A stretch of 64,000 nt of DNA. Origin: Octopus vulgaris (taxonomy: Eukaryota). The stretch's first letter is position 1, and each line of letters opens with the position of its first letter. Shown in pieces: positions 38,548 through 52,499 of this stretch. The stretch is from assembly GCA_951406725.2 (NCBI GenBank), contig OX597816.1, forward strand, positions 52,204,001 to 52,268,000, written 5' to 3'. A program made the position numbers and the translations under genes. The notes beneath the pieces are model-generated. The model was not told the origin of the DNA. It searched no databases and saw nothing but the letters and a program-made list of their open reading frames with translations.

Positions 38548-38627
38548 TACTATTATTATTATTTTTATTATTATTATCATCATCATTATCATCATTATTA
38601 TCATTATTATTACTATTATTATTATTA

Positions 38628-38670
<43 letters not shown>

Positions 38671-38720
38671 TATCATCATGATCCTCATCATCATCATCAT
38701 CATCATTATTATTATTATTA

Positions 38721-38772
<52 letters not shown>

Positions 38773-38900
38773 CATCATCATCATCACCATCATCATTATT
38801 ATTACTATTATTATTATTATTATTATTATTATTAGATGAAGAAGAAGAACAGCAACAACAACAACAACAACAACAACAGCAACATCAACAACAACAACAT
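38395..38900. repeat. Long compound (ATT/ATC)n and (CAA)n microsatellite
   Basis: Directly visible; it is the source of the poly-I/L/M/Q ORFs. Confidence 0.95.
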
Positions 38901-39290
38901 GACAGTGGCCGAGAATATGGCAGTGGTAATTTCTGAATTATAATAACTTTAAAAAATATCAATTGATGTAAGTCATATTTTTGCCTAGTGGAAAATATTG
39001 ATCAAGCGAAGATTTATTCACGAGGGAATTATCTCTTTATGTTAATAAAGCTGGAGCCTTAGCCATGGGCGAATTCTAGCTAAGTAAGCAAGTATCAATG
39101 TAGATAAGTGTATAGCTTACATTCAAGTTTAATTCATATGGATTGTAGATAGGTTTTTAAAGGTTAATGATATTGTACCTGAGCAAACTTTTAAGCTTCA
39201 CTTGCCATGAAATTGGTTCAGAGTGGTGAGTGCATTTACATGCATACATACACGCATATAAATGCAGGCACAAACAGGATGTGTGTATAG

Positions 39291-39332
<42 letters not shown>

Positions 39333-39334
<2 letters not shown>

Positions 39335-39555
39335 TGGCAGATACGTTAGCCCGCCGGGCGAAATACTCTGCGGTATTTCGTCTGCCGTTACGTTCTGAGT
39401 TCAAATTCCGCCGAAGTCGACTTTGCCTTTCATCCTTTCGGGGTCGATAAATAAAGTACCAGTTTCGCACTGGGGTCGATGTAATCGACTTAATCCCTTT
39501 GTCTGTCCTTGTTTGTCCCCTCTATGTTTAGCCCCTTGTAGGCAATAGAGAAATA
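39333..39555 (+). mobile_element. SINE family 1, tail A
   Basis: Matches 35573-35805. Confidence 0.88.
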
Positions 39556-40171
39556 TATATATATATATGTGTTTATGTTTGTTTATGTTTTCCAGTTTCA
39601 GCTCTTGAGCTGTGGCCATGCTGGGGCACCGCCATGTGAATATTTTAAATTAAAATTAAAATTTAATTTAAAGTACCAATGTTCTAGAACCGGTGAATTA
39701 ACTGCTGTAATTTATTAGCTGCAGGGTTGTCTTTCCGGCACTAGCGCGCCAAAGTGAAGGCATTTGAAAAATACCACAAATATATTTTGGAGAACTGTAC
39801 ATGAGTGTTTTCTTTCGGGAAAACGTTTCTGTGTATATTTCTGTAAAATATTTTTTCAAATACGACAGACTACGCTGAAGATTTACAGATACTTGCATCT
39901 TGCATTTTGTATTAATAATGAAACGATGATACGTAGGTAATCGTTTTATGTTGTAAATTTTCATTTGCCTTGCTTATTTTTGACATTTTGGCGTTTGCTG
40001 TGGGGGTTTTTCTCTTGGGAACGCACTCTTTGTGGTAAGGCGATTTGACGTCTATTTCTACCGTATAGGATTCCACTTTAGTGCATAATTAATACGTTCA
40101 CGCATATACACACGCTGAAAAATACATCTATATATTCACATATATATTACAATTAATAAGTGGAATGACCA

Positions 40172-40710
40172 CATATATACGACGGGCTTCTTTCAGTTTC
40201 TGTCTACCAAATCCGCTCACAAGGCTTTGGTCGGCCCGATGCTATAGAAGAAGACACTTGCCCAAGGTGCCACACAGTGGGACTGAACCCGGAACCATTT
40301 GGCTGGTAAGCAAGGTACTTACCACGCAGTCACTTCTAATAATGGTTTCAAATTTTGGCACAGATCCAGCAGTTTCTGAAGGAGAGGATGAGGTCGATTA
40401 CATTGAGCTTAGTTCTCGACTGGTATTTTATCTTATCGAGCCTGAAAGGGTGAAAGGCGAATTCGAACGTAAATACCGACGATATGCCGCTAAGTATTTT
40501 GTCCGCCGTACTAACGATTCTTCTAGATCACCGCCTTTTTGTGTTCTAATAACTGAGTTCAAACAACGCCAGCAACTGTGGGAGAGGGGGCTAGTCGATT
40601 ACATATTTACCCGAATGGACGAAAGGCTAAGTCAACCTCAGCGTACAGACGGTCGAAATGCCGCTAAAGACTTTGCTCTGTGTGCTAACGATTCTGCCAG
40701 CACACCTCTT
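40172..40710 (-). mobile_element. Cluster: SINE family 2 5' half plus two degenerate family 1 copies
   Basis: Family 2 head at 40172-40335; family 1 remnants at about 40340-40520 and 40555-40710. Confidence 0.7.
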
Positions 40711-41189
40711 TTTTTGTGTAATCTAATAATTAGAAGTGTTCGCTGTTGCTGATCAATTTTCTTCTCATTAAAGTTATAATTTCAAATGATTTGAAATTTC
40801 TTCCTGTTCAAAAGGTCAACTATCTTAGGTTGCTTCTAACGTCACGTTCTTCATAAAGAAGATGCTCTTGTCTTGGTCTGATTTGTTTGGTTTTCTTTAT
40901 TCTAAGATCAATTGATGATAAACACGCGAAATCGATTTGGGGTCGAGTATCTCGATATCACCTTCATTTCGCTGAGAGGGAGCAATACCACTAAAATATT
41001 CTCAAGGTTGTCAGTATAGCTAACAAAGATCATATCTATCCCCTCCTCTGCAAAATTTCGTTACGTTTTTTTGACTATTGATACGTTAGTTCCCTGATAA
41101 TTTTTATTTACGTTTATCATTGTTCTGTCCCTTGCGATTATAACTTCCATTCATTAAAATATTTTTGTTCACCAGATTAAATATGGCAC

Positions 41190-41490
41190 TGAAGGCGCGT
41201 GGCTTAGTGGTTAGGGCATTCAAGCTCATGGTCGTAAGGTCGTGAGTTAAATTCTCGGCGACACGTTGTGTCATTTCACTTTGCTCCAGTCCTCTCAGCT
41301 GGCCAAAAATTAATAGTACCTGTATTTCAGGTCACACTTTGTGTCACGCTGAATCTCCCTGAGAACTACGTTAAGGGTACATGTTGTCTGTGGAGTGCTC
41401 AGCCACTTGTACGTAAATTTCACGAGTAAGCTGTTCCGTTGATCGTATCAGCTGGGACACTTGTCGTCGCAACCGACGGAATGCTCCCTT
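41190..41490 (+). mobile_element. tRNA-derived CORE-like SINE family 3
   Basis: Head gaaggcgcgtggcttagtggttaggg. Matches the reverse complement of 52500-52825. Confidence 0.82.
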
Positions 41491-42797
41491 TAAAAAAATA
41501 TATGGCAACATGTATTTAGCTGTATATACATGTTTACTATAAGATGCATCTTTTCGAGATTTAGTCACATGCTTGTGACTGGAGATCTAATCCTTAAGAA
41601 AGTAGTTTCAATTTACTTCGATCATTTCGAATCTAAGCCACAACGTTCTCTCGTCTACACCTGGCTTCCAGAGTCAGCAAGGTGTTATTTCTGCTCCTTT
41701 TCCTAACCTGCGAATCCACCAGAGTGGATGCTAGCGCTAATATATGATTTATAAAAACATGTGACATATTAATAAAAATCTGTAAATATAAGCCCATCAA
41801 GATTTCTGAGTACCTTATTTCTTCTAATATATTATACCTGTACATCACCTCCAAACCTTCTAATATATGTATGCTTGTATATGCAGAACTAACGACGAAA
41901 ATAACCAATGAGAAAACAAAGGAAACGGAAAGAACTATTATTAGTTTGACACGTAAGAGTGTCTTTGAAGTTTCGAGACTAAGCACTTCTTGGAAAATAG
42001 TAGAAAAGCGGGAGAAAACAGGGGTAATAGAGTAATATTTTTAGTCTGTGCCATGTCAAATAACCGGGTGTTAAGAGGGGAAGAAAGAGGTTTCATACTT
42101 TCAAGAGCAGCAAGGGAAATAACTGTGAAACTATGAACGATCATATGTGCGCGTGTATACATGTATGACCGTGTACTGTTATGGTATGCAATTAGTTTTT
42201 CTGACAACGTTGTTTCTTTCACACATTGGGAATTCTGATGACTGGATTATGTATTACAGAATGTGTATGTGCTTTGTGTGTGCGTGCATGTATGTTTTAC
42301 CTGGTGTATGGGTACCATAAGACTATGAGTGTGTGTAATGTTGTCTGATGCGGAGTATGTATATTGAGCTGATTCGTGTGTTTTGTATAAATATATGCGT
42401 CTATGCAGTGCCCTCTAGCGGGATGTACGTGTTTGGCAATGCATGTTTCGTATGTGCGTGTGTGCCTCTTAGTCTGTGTGTATATGTGTGACTGTGTTAC
42501 TTATGTCATAATGCCAATATTGTGAATTTGTTGTGGCGATATTATAAGGAGTGTGAGTATATGTGTGTGAACATAGGAACTTTCCATCAGTGTGTGTGTA
42601 TGTGTGTGTGTGCCTATAATGTCGTTATATTAGTTATGTTGCTGTGTTACGCATGGTTTTCAAAAGCCTTGTATATACGAATGAGTGTGTATTATGTACA
42701 CACACACACACATATATATTCTATTCATATATATATATATAATATTAGGGTGTATAACATATACATATATACATATATACAAATATATATACATATA

Positions 42798-42835
<38 letters not shown>

Positions 42836-42860
42836 ATATGTGTAAATATATATATACCCT

Positions 42861-42912
<52 letters not shown>

Positions 42913-42945
42913 GGGTGTATAACATATATACATATATACATATAT

Positions 42946-42989
<44 letters not shown>

Positions 42990-43031
42990 GTATATATATA
43001 TATATACACACACACACACATATATTGTTTC

Positions 43032-43071
<40 letters not shown>

Positions 43072-43240
43072 CATATTATTATATCGGAGTAGACTGTCAA
43101 CTTTAATATGGTAAACATGCGTCTATCTCCTCTAACCGACGTTTTGAGCTCTATACTAAAGTTTGTACTACGTTAAATATATTATTATCAGATTTTTACT
43201 ATTTTTACCTTACTCTCTTTTTTCTCTCTCCTATATACAT

Positions 43241-43282
<42 letters not shown>

Positions 43283-45060
43283 TTATTTATTTATGTATGT
43301 ATGTATGTATGTATGTATGTATATGTATTATATTACATTACATCATATTACATTATATATAATTGAGATTCGTGTATGTAAACAAAACGATACATTAGAC
43401 TTCTAACTCCATCCGAGTTGCATAATACCCGAATACGTACACACACTTAAATAGTTGTGTGCGTGAGAGAGAGAGATAGAGAGAGAGATAGACAGACAGA
43501 AAGAGAGAGAGGACGCATGTTTATTTATTCTCAAGCGATTCTCAGTAAAGGTATGCGCATGCGTAGCCGTTATTCGTTATTCGCTTTCTAGTTTTTATTT
43601 GCATTTTCCTTAATCAGATCATATTGAAAAACAAGAGAGTTTTCACTGGAAGATTTTGTACCATTTGTTCTTGTTTCTGCTATTGTTGTTGTGATCATTG
43701 TTGCTGCTACTGTTGATAATGATATTTTTGCATCCTATTGTTATTGTTGCTGTTTATTCTAAGCCTTCCTGCGCTATCTTTAACAACAGATTACTATAAC
43801 ATAACAGCAAAAAAAAAAAAAAAAAAAAAGATTATTAACTATATAAAACATAGACACAGACATCTTTCCAAATTCTTTGATTCATGTTTGGCATTTCCAT
43901 GACCGTTCGATTGATACTAAATATTTGACATATTCCAAATCATAATAAGAAATCGCATGCAAACAGCTAAGGTGGGCTTGCTCTCAACGATCATGGGAAA
44001 ATCATTAACTCAGCCCAACCGACAGAATAAAAAAAAATGAAATAAAATAAACAAACAAGTATGAACTTAATCTGTTGATTTAAAAATAAAAGTGAGGGTG
44101 GCAGTGGAGAAAAAGCCGCTTTTGAAGTAAATCCCAAAGAAAAAGAGAAGCGACATCTTGCTTTTCTTTTCTTTTTTTTTGTCATTAACACCATTGTAAC
44201 TATTGCCGTTTTGGTTGTTGATAATAAGGATTGCCATGTTATTGATTTATTTTGTATTTTGCTGCACGGGTCAATAAAGAAGTAGCAGGAAACATGATTA
44301 ATTCGACCGTAAGCAACCTATCTCTGTTTTGTTCCTTTACTCGGGAGACGGGGTGGTTTGTTGTTCATCACACAACGTATTTAGAACTGTGGTATCTTGT
44401 ACGTCTTTTCTTGTCACCGTTTAGTCTCGAGTTACCATTATTGAAACGTTGAATCGTGTCTACCAACACTCTTTGAGTTTCAATTTCCTAAATATATGTT
44501 CATAAAATATTTAATTGATATAACAGGTTATGTCATGCTTCAAACTTCTAGAAAGAATGAAATAGTGCTGTGCAGGATTTCCACTGACTAGAAATATTAC
44601 GAATTTTGTAATAAGAAAGCAACAAAAAATGAAACGAATATATGTATTTTATTCCTTAAATTCAAATTCAAACATCTAATCCTGCTAAATTATACGAAGA
44701 AAAAATGATCGCCCTTGTATTAACTCTTCGCTAGACGACACAACGTGTATCATGTATCTAAGACTACAGTTATTCAATGAGATTTCATTAAAATATTTCG
44801 AAGTAAACCAAAACAAGAGAAAAATAAGAAAATAAGTTTAAGTTATAATAACAGGTCAACAGATTAATACAAAACCTTTTAACCATTTCCGATTCAATTC
44901 GTTAATGATTGACCGTCTAGTGGTATAGGAAATTTCTGTATTCGCTCTTTAGAATATTCGTAATAATCGGATTAATTGTATCTTGATGGCGTAGAGATGA
45001 TCACGATACTTAAACGATAATGAACTAAGTGCATAACCGGAAACCACCTGCAGCTGCTGT

Positions 45061-45114
<54 letters not shown>

Positions 45115-45436
45115 ATTTGTTGTTGCTTCTGCTTCTCGATTACGTTGAAGGCCGCTAACTCGTTGATCAAAACGTTTTATAGCAACCAATCTTGAACTCA
45201 CACATTAACGTTTTATATGAGGAACAGTAGAGATTGTATGACGTAATTCGATATTTTTATAAAGAGACGGGATGGTTGAGGCTGGAATTTCAGGAACCAT
45301 AGATCTGCTTGATCGGACAAGACTTGGGTCTAACTAACAAGATTAGAAACACCACAACTACTCCTACAAATGCTATTGGTACTGCTGCTATTAATATCAC
45401 CGCTACAACTGCAGCTACAGCTATTACCACTATTGA

Positions 45437-45640
45437 TAATGGTTTCAAATCTTGGCACAAGGCCGTGAGTTTTGAGGGTGGGGGGCTAAGTCGCTTACAT
45501 CGACTCCAGTATTCAACTGGAACTTGTTTTATCGATCCCGAAAGGATGAAAGATGAAGTCGACCCCGGCAGAATTTGAACACAGAAATGCTGCAAGCATT
45601 TTGTCCGACGTGCTAACGATTCTGCCAGCTTACCCCCCCC
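45437..45640 (-). mobile_element. SINE family 1, tail type C
   Basis: Core and tail match other copies. Confidence 0.72.
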
Positions 45641-46429
45641 CCCTTTATAATTCTTTCTACTATAGACATAAGGTCTGGAATTTTCTCACTCTTCCTTAGA
45701 TGGAACGAAGAAAGGCCCCTGACCTTGGCAAAGTACACATACATTACTCTCCACTTCTCGCGAGCCTCTGTAATGGATTGTGGCAGACTGGCATCTGCTC
45801 TATTGCCAAGAGGCTGCCAGACTTTCGTTTGTTATTCGTGCATGCATATTGTTGTTGTAGTTGTTGTCGTTGTTGGTGGTGGTGGTTTTGGTGGTGGTGC
45901 TGCTGTGCTGCTACTGCCGCTGCCACCACCACCGTCAACTATATTATTTGTTACACTATTTTTGTTGGAGTAATAATATTTTATTATATATCCTTCCATT
46001 TTTTGTGTGTGTTTGTCTGCTTGTTTGGACAGTTATTATTTTCATGTTCTATTTTTGCGTTTGTTTTATAATTTGTTTTTTGTTGGTGATTCTTTCATTT
46101 TGTTTACAGTAATACTTTTATGATGTGGTTTATAAGAGAAAATACGAAACCATTCTTAGCCTTAGCATTAAACGGTAGAATAAAATGGAGATATTCTTTA
46201 TAAACAAGCTTGATGTCTAACCTCAACAAAGGTAGACCTTTCACAATATTCAATAAGGCTCCCAGTATGACACTGGAAATTATCTCTCTCAGTTACACTT
46301 GTAAACATTTGATTAAAATCACAGCAGAATTTTAGCATCTCATTTCTAAGTCGGAAGTAAATAATAACAACAATAATAATGATAATAACAATAATAATGA
46401 TGAGGATAATGATGATATTTTTTCTTCTC

Positions 46430-46750
46430 ATCGTCGTCGTCAGTGGCGGCCTTTTATCGTGTGCCCGATAATTTATTTAGCTTCTTCTTGACCGTTTCTT
46501 CCCCTCTGTCTGTGCTTATGCCTCTGATGACTAAAGAGGCCGACTTTTGCATGGAAGCGTTTATTGCAAAATTCATAAGGGATCTATGGTGGAGGTTTTG
46601 GTTGTTGCAGCCTCCATTTTTTCCACTGTGACAGATCATTCATTTTCTTCTATATTAGTTTTATTTGTATGTTCCATCAAGGCGAACTCGAAGTTCCTTT
46701 TTTATAAACTAGGTTTTAGCTCCATAGTGAAGAAGGTTATCTACATGTGA
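46430..46750 (-). mobile_element. RTE-type LINE 3' end remnant with a degenerate terminal C2H2-like finger
   Basis: Minus-strand frame gives PYEFCNKRFHAKVGLFSHQRHKH, like the RTE/BovB C-terminal CxxCxxxFxxxIGLxSHxRxH, followed by a short UTR and a (GAC)n tail. Confidence 0.6.
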
Positions 46751-47181
46751 CCTAAAAATGGTGAGATGCATATTTTACTATACCTGTTTTTCTGCAGGTC
46801 AGCTTTGACTGAGAAACCTATGTTCAAAGATGTTCCAGCAGTAGCAATTTCAACCTCTTATCAGATACATTATACGTAAGTCTAAATTATCTAATGACTT
46901 CTTTAAGGGCGAATTTTGAGATTTAAACTTTAAAATTTAATATTTCAAAACAAAAATTAACAATATGGCTTCCCCAATCGAGGGAAGTGACGTCTGTTGG
47001 AACTTCCATTATTACATTATTTTCTCACCACTAACTGATGCGGTCGAGAGACAAATCACAGACAATATCAACTATAACGACGAAGACAGCAACAGTAGCA
47101 ACAAAAGCAGCAGCAGCAGCAACAGTGACAACCAGGGTAAAATCAGAAACGACAAAAGCACGACCTTTACCACTGCCCCCA

Positions 47182-47545
47182 GTGTATTCAGCTGAATAAA
47201 ATTACTGCCGTTGTTTGTCAACAACAACATCCGGCGGTGTATATTTCGTTTGTCACTGTTATTTATGACATCGTTCGTGCGTTTGTACTGGTTTTAGCTT
47301 TAAGGTTTTTGGGTTAGGTTAGGGTTAGGGTTAGGGTTGGGGTTTTAGTGTTAGCGTTATGCAAAAAATGAAAATGAAGCACGAACGATTATGATGGTAC
47401 CATGAAGTAAACATGCTTCAGATACACTCGTTTATTCATACAAACGTAACTGAGATTAAATATGTCACAAATAACAGTGAACGAAATATACACCGCCGGA
47501 AGTTGTTGACAAACAACAGCAGAAATATTATTCAGCTGAATACAC
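47182..47545. mobile_element. MITE-like element with ~90-bp TIRs and internal (TTAGGG)n
   Basis: gtgtattcagctgaataa...ccggcggtgtatatttcgtt...cactgttattt is mirrored at 47460-47545. Telomere-type repeats lie at about 47312-47345. Confidence 0.78.
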
Positions 47546-48744
47546 GTCATTGAATGGTTGAAATTACCGAAATACGACAACTTTAACAAAAAATAACTTC
47601 CAAAATACAGAATTTTCTCAACAACGCCAAGAGTAAAAGATGTTTTATGTGACACATTATACCACCATACGAAGTTTGTAAGTGTTTAGTTACAAAAAAA
47701 TATTTTTTTAATCTGTCGGTCAAAAGGTAAAGATCCGAGTACTGGAGTCGAAAATAATCGACTAAGCCCCTTCCCCCAAATTTCAGGGCTTGTGCCCGCA
47801 ATACAAAGGATTATTATTATCATCACCATCATTATTATTAACCACGTCACGTCCCTGAATACTATGCTTTTAGGTTTGTTTGTGCCAATTTTCTGACAAT
47901 AACATCAATTAATTCACGTTTAAGAATTTATTCAACGGTCGGTACGACATCATAAAGTAAAACAGAGCGAGTCTGTTTTTGTTTTACGCTCGAATATGAA
48001 GAGACACTGAACCAAACATAATATGTAAGTCAATTATCTATAATTGAGGAAATTTAATAGTCACCGCACGCGTGTACTTTGGAAAATATCCAAAAAAATA
48101 TTAACTTGGTTGTAATAATTCAGTAACGAGCAAATAACAAACCATTGCTCTCTGTCGAGCTGTCACCAATATGCATATTGTACTACTACTATTACTACTA
48201 CTAGTACTATTACTACTACTGCTACTACTGCTGCTGCTGCTATTACTTCTGCTACTACGACATTTATCCCTGATTCTCCGAGCGTGCTAAATGGACAGTA
48301 CTTTTATACTGATGTAGATGATGCTATCATCGCTATTCTTACAGATATAACAATTGTACCTCATTGCTAGAATCCTATTTCAGCATTTAAAGTCCATAAG
48401 TTGTTGTTAGCGGAAGATTTTACTGCTATTTTAATCGTGGATAGCACCGATACAGAGCTTCCTCTCGTTGATGTGGGTAAATAATATTTTTTTAAAATCA
48501 TACCTTAAATCCCTAGAACCAAGCTTCTTAGGGAACTATTACTCCTCCAGTTGTCCCTACGACTGTATTAACTTGCAACATATCGTATTTAACATTTACT
48601 GTATTCAATTCTAATTAGCCATCTCGTTCATTTAAAATGCCAATTTCTAAATCTTTCGTCTGATGTGTATTAGAGTCTAGACCTACTTTATAACAGAGAT
48701 CGACAAACAATGAGCTATTCCTTGACAATAATGTTATTGGTTGG

Positions 48745-49100
48745 GTGCCAAGCTGGCAGAATCGTTAGCACACCGGGCGAAATGTTTAGCGGTATTTCGT
48801 CTGTCTTTACGTTCTGAGTTCAAATTCCGTCGAGGTCGACTTTGCCTTTCATCCTTTCGGGATCGATAAATTAAGTACCAGTTACGCACTGGGGTCGATG
48901 TAATCGACTTAATCCATTTGTCTGTCCTTGTTTGTCTCCTCTGTGTTTAGCCCCTTGTGGGTAGTAAAGAAATAGGTATTTCGTCTACCGCTACGTTCTG
49001 AGTTCAAATTCCGCCGAGGTCGACTTTGCCTTTTATCCTTTCGAGGTCGATAAATTAAGTACCAGTTACGCAATGGGGTCGATATAATCGACTTAATCCC
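48745..49100 (+). mobile_element. SINE family 1 dimer
   Basis: The junction aaagaaata|ggtatttcgtct is at 48974/48975. Confidence 0.85.
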
Positions 49101-50034
49101 TCGACCGTGATTCCGCTGCTCTAACCACTAGGCCATGTGCCTCCACTTGAAATAATGTTAGTTGGTACAAATCTTGTCTAAAACTATATTCACACCCAAA
49201 ATAACACGCAGAATGTCGATAGCATTTTGACTGTACTTATAAGACTGGGAAATTCGTAAGAATTGTAGCATATTGTTTTCAAGGTAGAACTAGGAGATAA
49301 AATTATAAATATTAGGCTTAAAAAACCCCATGGATGGAAAAAAGTCGAAGGCTATCAGTGGGACACGAACCTACTTATTTTCATTTTCTATTCGTTTTTT
49401 TTTTAAACTCACCGTTGTATACGCTGTCATGTACAACTTTATGTATACTTCGAGTTCTACCGTAAAATTTTATTGAATTTGTTTTTCTTTTTGGAAACAC
49501 CATCCCATCTCTTGAGCACTGACATTTTTTATGCCAAGAATATGATATTTGCATTGTAATTTGAGATGCCAACCATCAATTCAAAATACATTTGTAAGCA
49601 AAATATTCTATATGAAGACATACTCGAAACAGTACTGCCGTAATTTTTTTTTCATCTATCTTTGGTTTACAAACAATAAAATTCAGTATCGAAAAATAGA
49701 GTTCAAGTGTAATTTTTGGAATGCTTTCAGATGAATCAATAGTTTATATTAATACAAACAAGAAGAGAAAGAAAAGTCAAGAAATGAGATTTCTTCACTG
49801 AGTAAAAAAGCTAAAAGTATTTCTCCAGATGTCAAGCAGTAAATCTTTTCACTTTTTAAATAAATGGAACAACAGAGACTAACAGTGTCTTATACACTGT
49901 CGCAATATAGTTTACATAAACAATCGATTCTAAAAAAAAGGGGGAGGGTTACAAAAATAAATGTAGCTTTTTTCCGTTGAATAAAGCAAAGTGGCTGCTA
50001 CAGCTTTTACCTCGCGGTTGCAATAAATCGTATT

Positions 50035-50270
50035 TGTATTTATTTATTGCCCACAAGGGGCTAAACACAGAGGGGACAAAAAATGACAGACAAAGGGGAT
50101 TAAGTCGATTACATTGACTCCAGTGCGTAACTGGTACTTAATTTATCGACCCCGAAAGGATGAAAGGCAAAGTCGACCTCAGCGGAATTTGAACTCAGAA
50201 CGTAGCGGCAGACGAAATACCGCTAAGCATTTCGCCCGACGTGCTAACGTTTCTGCCAGCTCACCGCCTT
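50035..50270 (-). mobile_element. SINE family 1, tail A, full length, with an imperfect TSD
   Basis: Flanked by ttgcaat(a/c)aatc(g/c)tatt. Confidence 0.88.
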
Positions 50271-50559
50271 TTGCAATCAATCCTATTCTGCTTAATGAAA
50301 AATGTTGCAGCTCTTCTCAGCATGCTGTATCATACTCATCTTTTATACCATAAAACGTGTAACGATTCATTTACTATAAATAGTAAGGTTTAATATTTTT
50401 AATCAAGTCGTTCTCTATAGACTACAAAGAGTAAGGCTCTAATTTTTATTCGCCTTAATCCAGAAGACCTAAAATCTTTCCCAATAAGTTCCACCTGTCA
50501 AAAGTTTTCTGCACGAAGTGACACTTGAATGGCGTAAGTTTGAGACAACCATATTCCTG

Positions 50560-50930
50560 GAGGATCGAACAACTGGGGTATCGAGAGCTGTATCAGTCAC
50601 CGAACTGGACGTCACTGCGCTTTTCCACAGGTCAAAGGCCAATAGCTTCAAGAGCCAATAGATTCAACGACCAATAGCTATTCAACGCCGAGGGATCTTC
50701 ATGAGGTAGGGATAGATGTTTTCAAGAAATAACTTGACCTCTTGCTATCCAAAGTCACAGATGAACCTATATTTCGACAGGAAACACAAAACAGGCAATA
50801 GTGTCGAACTCATTCCTTCACCAAAAGCCAATCACATAAGATTGACCATTGAAAAGATGATTACACTGGAGGTGCTCCATCATGGTCATAGCCTTAAAGC
50901 TGAAACGTATAAAGGAATAGAAGAATATAA
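50560..50930 (+). mobile_element. Degenerate CR1-type LINE 3' end
   Basis: Remnant peptides HRTGRHC and GIDVFKK*LDLLLSKVTDEP resemble CR1-group ORF2 C-termini. A short 3'UTR follows. Confidence 0.6.
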
Positions 50931-51247
50931 ACTCTAACAAGTCATAATGTATAAGTGGTGGATATCTTTATTTAACCACTTGTGGTCTTTAGTCTCACGG
51001 GCGTTTAACAGCCTTTATCGTGTAATAATAATTTCAGTGGATAATAAATTATGTTTATATGTCTGCACTGATATGCATGCAACGCTTTATAGAATACAAT
51101 TTCATATTTACAAATCCTGCATAGAATTAATATGTGGTATGTTAGGCGAGTCCACAAGAGGAGTTTTCTCTGATAGCCACTTGATTCTATAAATCCACAT
51201 ATTACACTACAAGTATGTACATGCTTGTGTGCTTGTGAGAGACAATC

Positions 51248-51279
<32 letters not shown>

Positions 51280-51363
51280 CACGTGTGTGTGTGCGCACGT
51301 GTGTGTGTGCGCACGTGTGTGTGTGTCTGTCTGTGTGTACGTATATATGTATATATACACACA

Positions 51364-51706
51364 TACGAGGTGATGCTGAAAAGTTCGTAGCATTAACCCT
51401 TTGAGACCGTAACACCGGTTCACCGGTGGTTGGCTTATTTTTCTCTATACCGTAGCACCGATGGAGTGCCAGGTATATGGTGAAATGAGGTTCAGGAGGT
51501 CAGGGCTCAAAGGGTTAAGGACATCACGAAAGGCCTGGTTGGAGACCCAACCTTCCGAGTTCTTTTACAGGACCTAGAAAAACTGAAGGACCACTGCAAT
51601 AAGTGAGTGAATCTGAAAGGGGAATATGTTGAATAAAATCATGCTTAATTGATCCTCCCGTATGTTCTTTTACCGAAAGCCAAGACATTTTCAGCACTCC
51701 CTCGTA
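51364..51706 (+). mobile_element. Mariner-type MITE (second family)
   Basis: TIRs tacgagg..atgctgaaaag / ttttcagcactccctcgta; remnant C-terminus NLKGEYVE*. Confidence 0.75.
51397..51514. mobile_element. 118-bp piggyBac-like MITE nested in the mariner MITE
   Basis: TTAA|CCCTTTGAG ... CTCAAAGGG|TTAA. Confidence 0.7.
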
Positions 51707-51756
51707 TACACATGCACACGCACACACACACACATACACTACATACACATACGCAC

Positions 51757-51837
<81 letters not shown>

Positions 51838-52499
51838 AAATTTGGGATTGTCCTGAAATTGAAGTTGTGGTCCTATTAGTAAAATCCCAAATTTGTAATA
51901 ATAATATTATAATTGATACTGTTTGCTTTGCATTAGTAAAGTGTAAAATAGTAAATATCCTGACAACCTGGAATAATTATTATATCCTAATTATTATTCA
52001 TATATATATATACACACACAGTTCTATATTAATAAGATTTTTGAAAGATAGAATATGTACTCATTATCAGTTTTCTGATTGCAGACATTGATACTGTCTT
52101 ACTTTCATTAGTTTAATGGCTTCTTTTATTGGTCTTCGGCCATGCTGGGGCACTGCTTTTAAAGTGTTTTTATTTGATTTTTTAAAACTTATTTGCCGAA
52201 CTGCTACTTTTGGGGACATAAAGGGACTGGAAATAATCCAAAACTTGTGTGTATGTCTGTGCATGTTTATATCGATTTAAAAGATCACTGTAAGTATACA
52301 TACATACGTAATACACACATACATACATACATACATACATACATACATACATACATACATACATACATACATACATACATACATACATGAATACAAACAT
52401 ATATACATACATACATATACACATACACATATATGCATTCATACACACATACATATACACATATATGCATTCATACACACATGCACACATACATACATA

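Noticed and set aside
41633-42222. ORFs of 117 and 93 aa as a host gene
   Set aside because: No recognisable domain, non-ATG starts, and composition like the background.
46520-46545. CTGATGA within the hairpin gcctctgatgactaaagaggc
   Set aside because: There is no downstream GAAA or stem III, and it lies antisense to RTE coding remnant.
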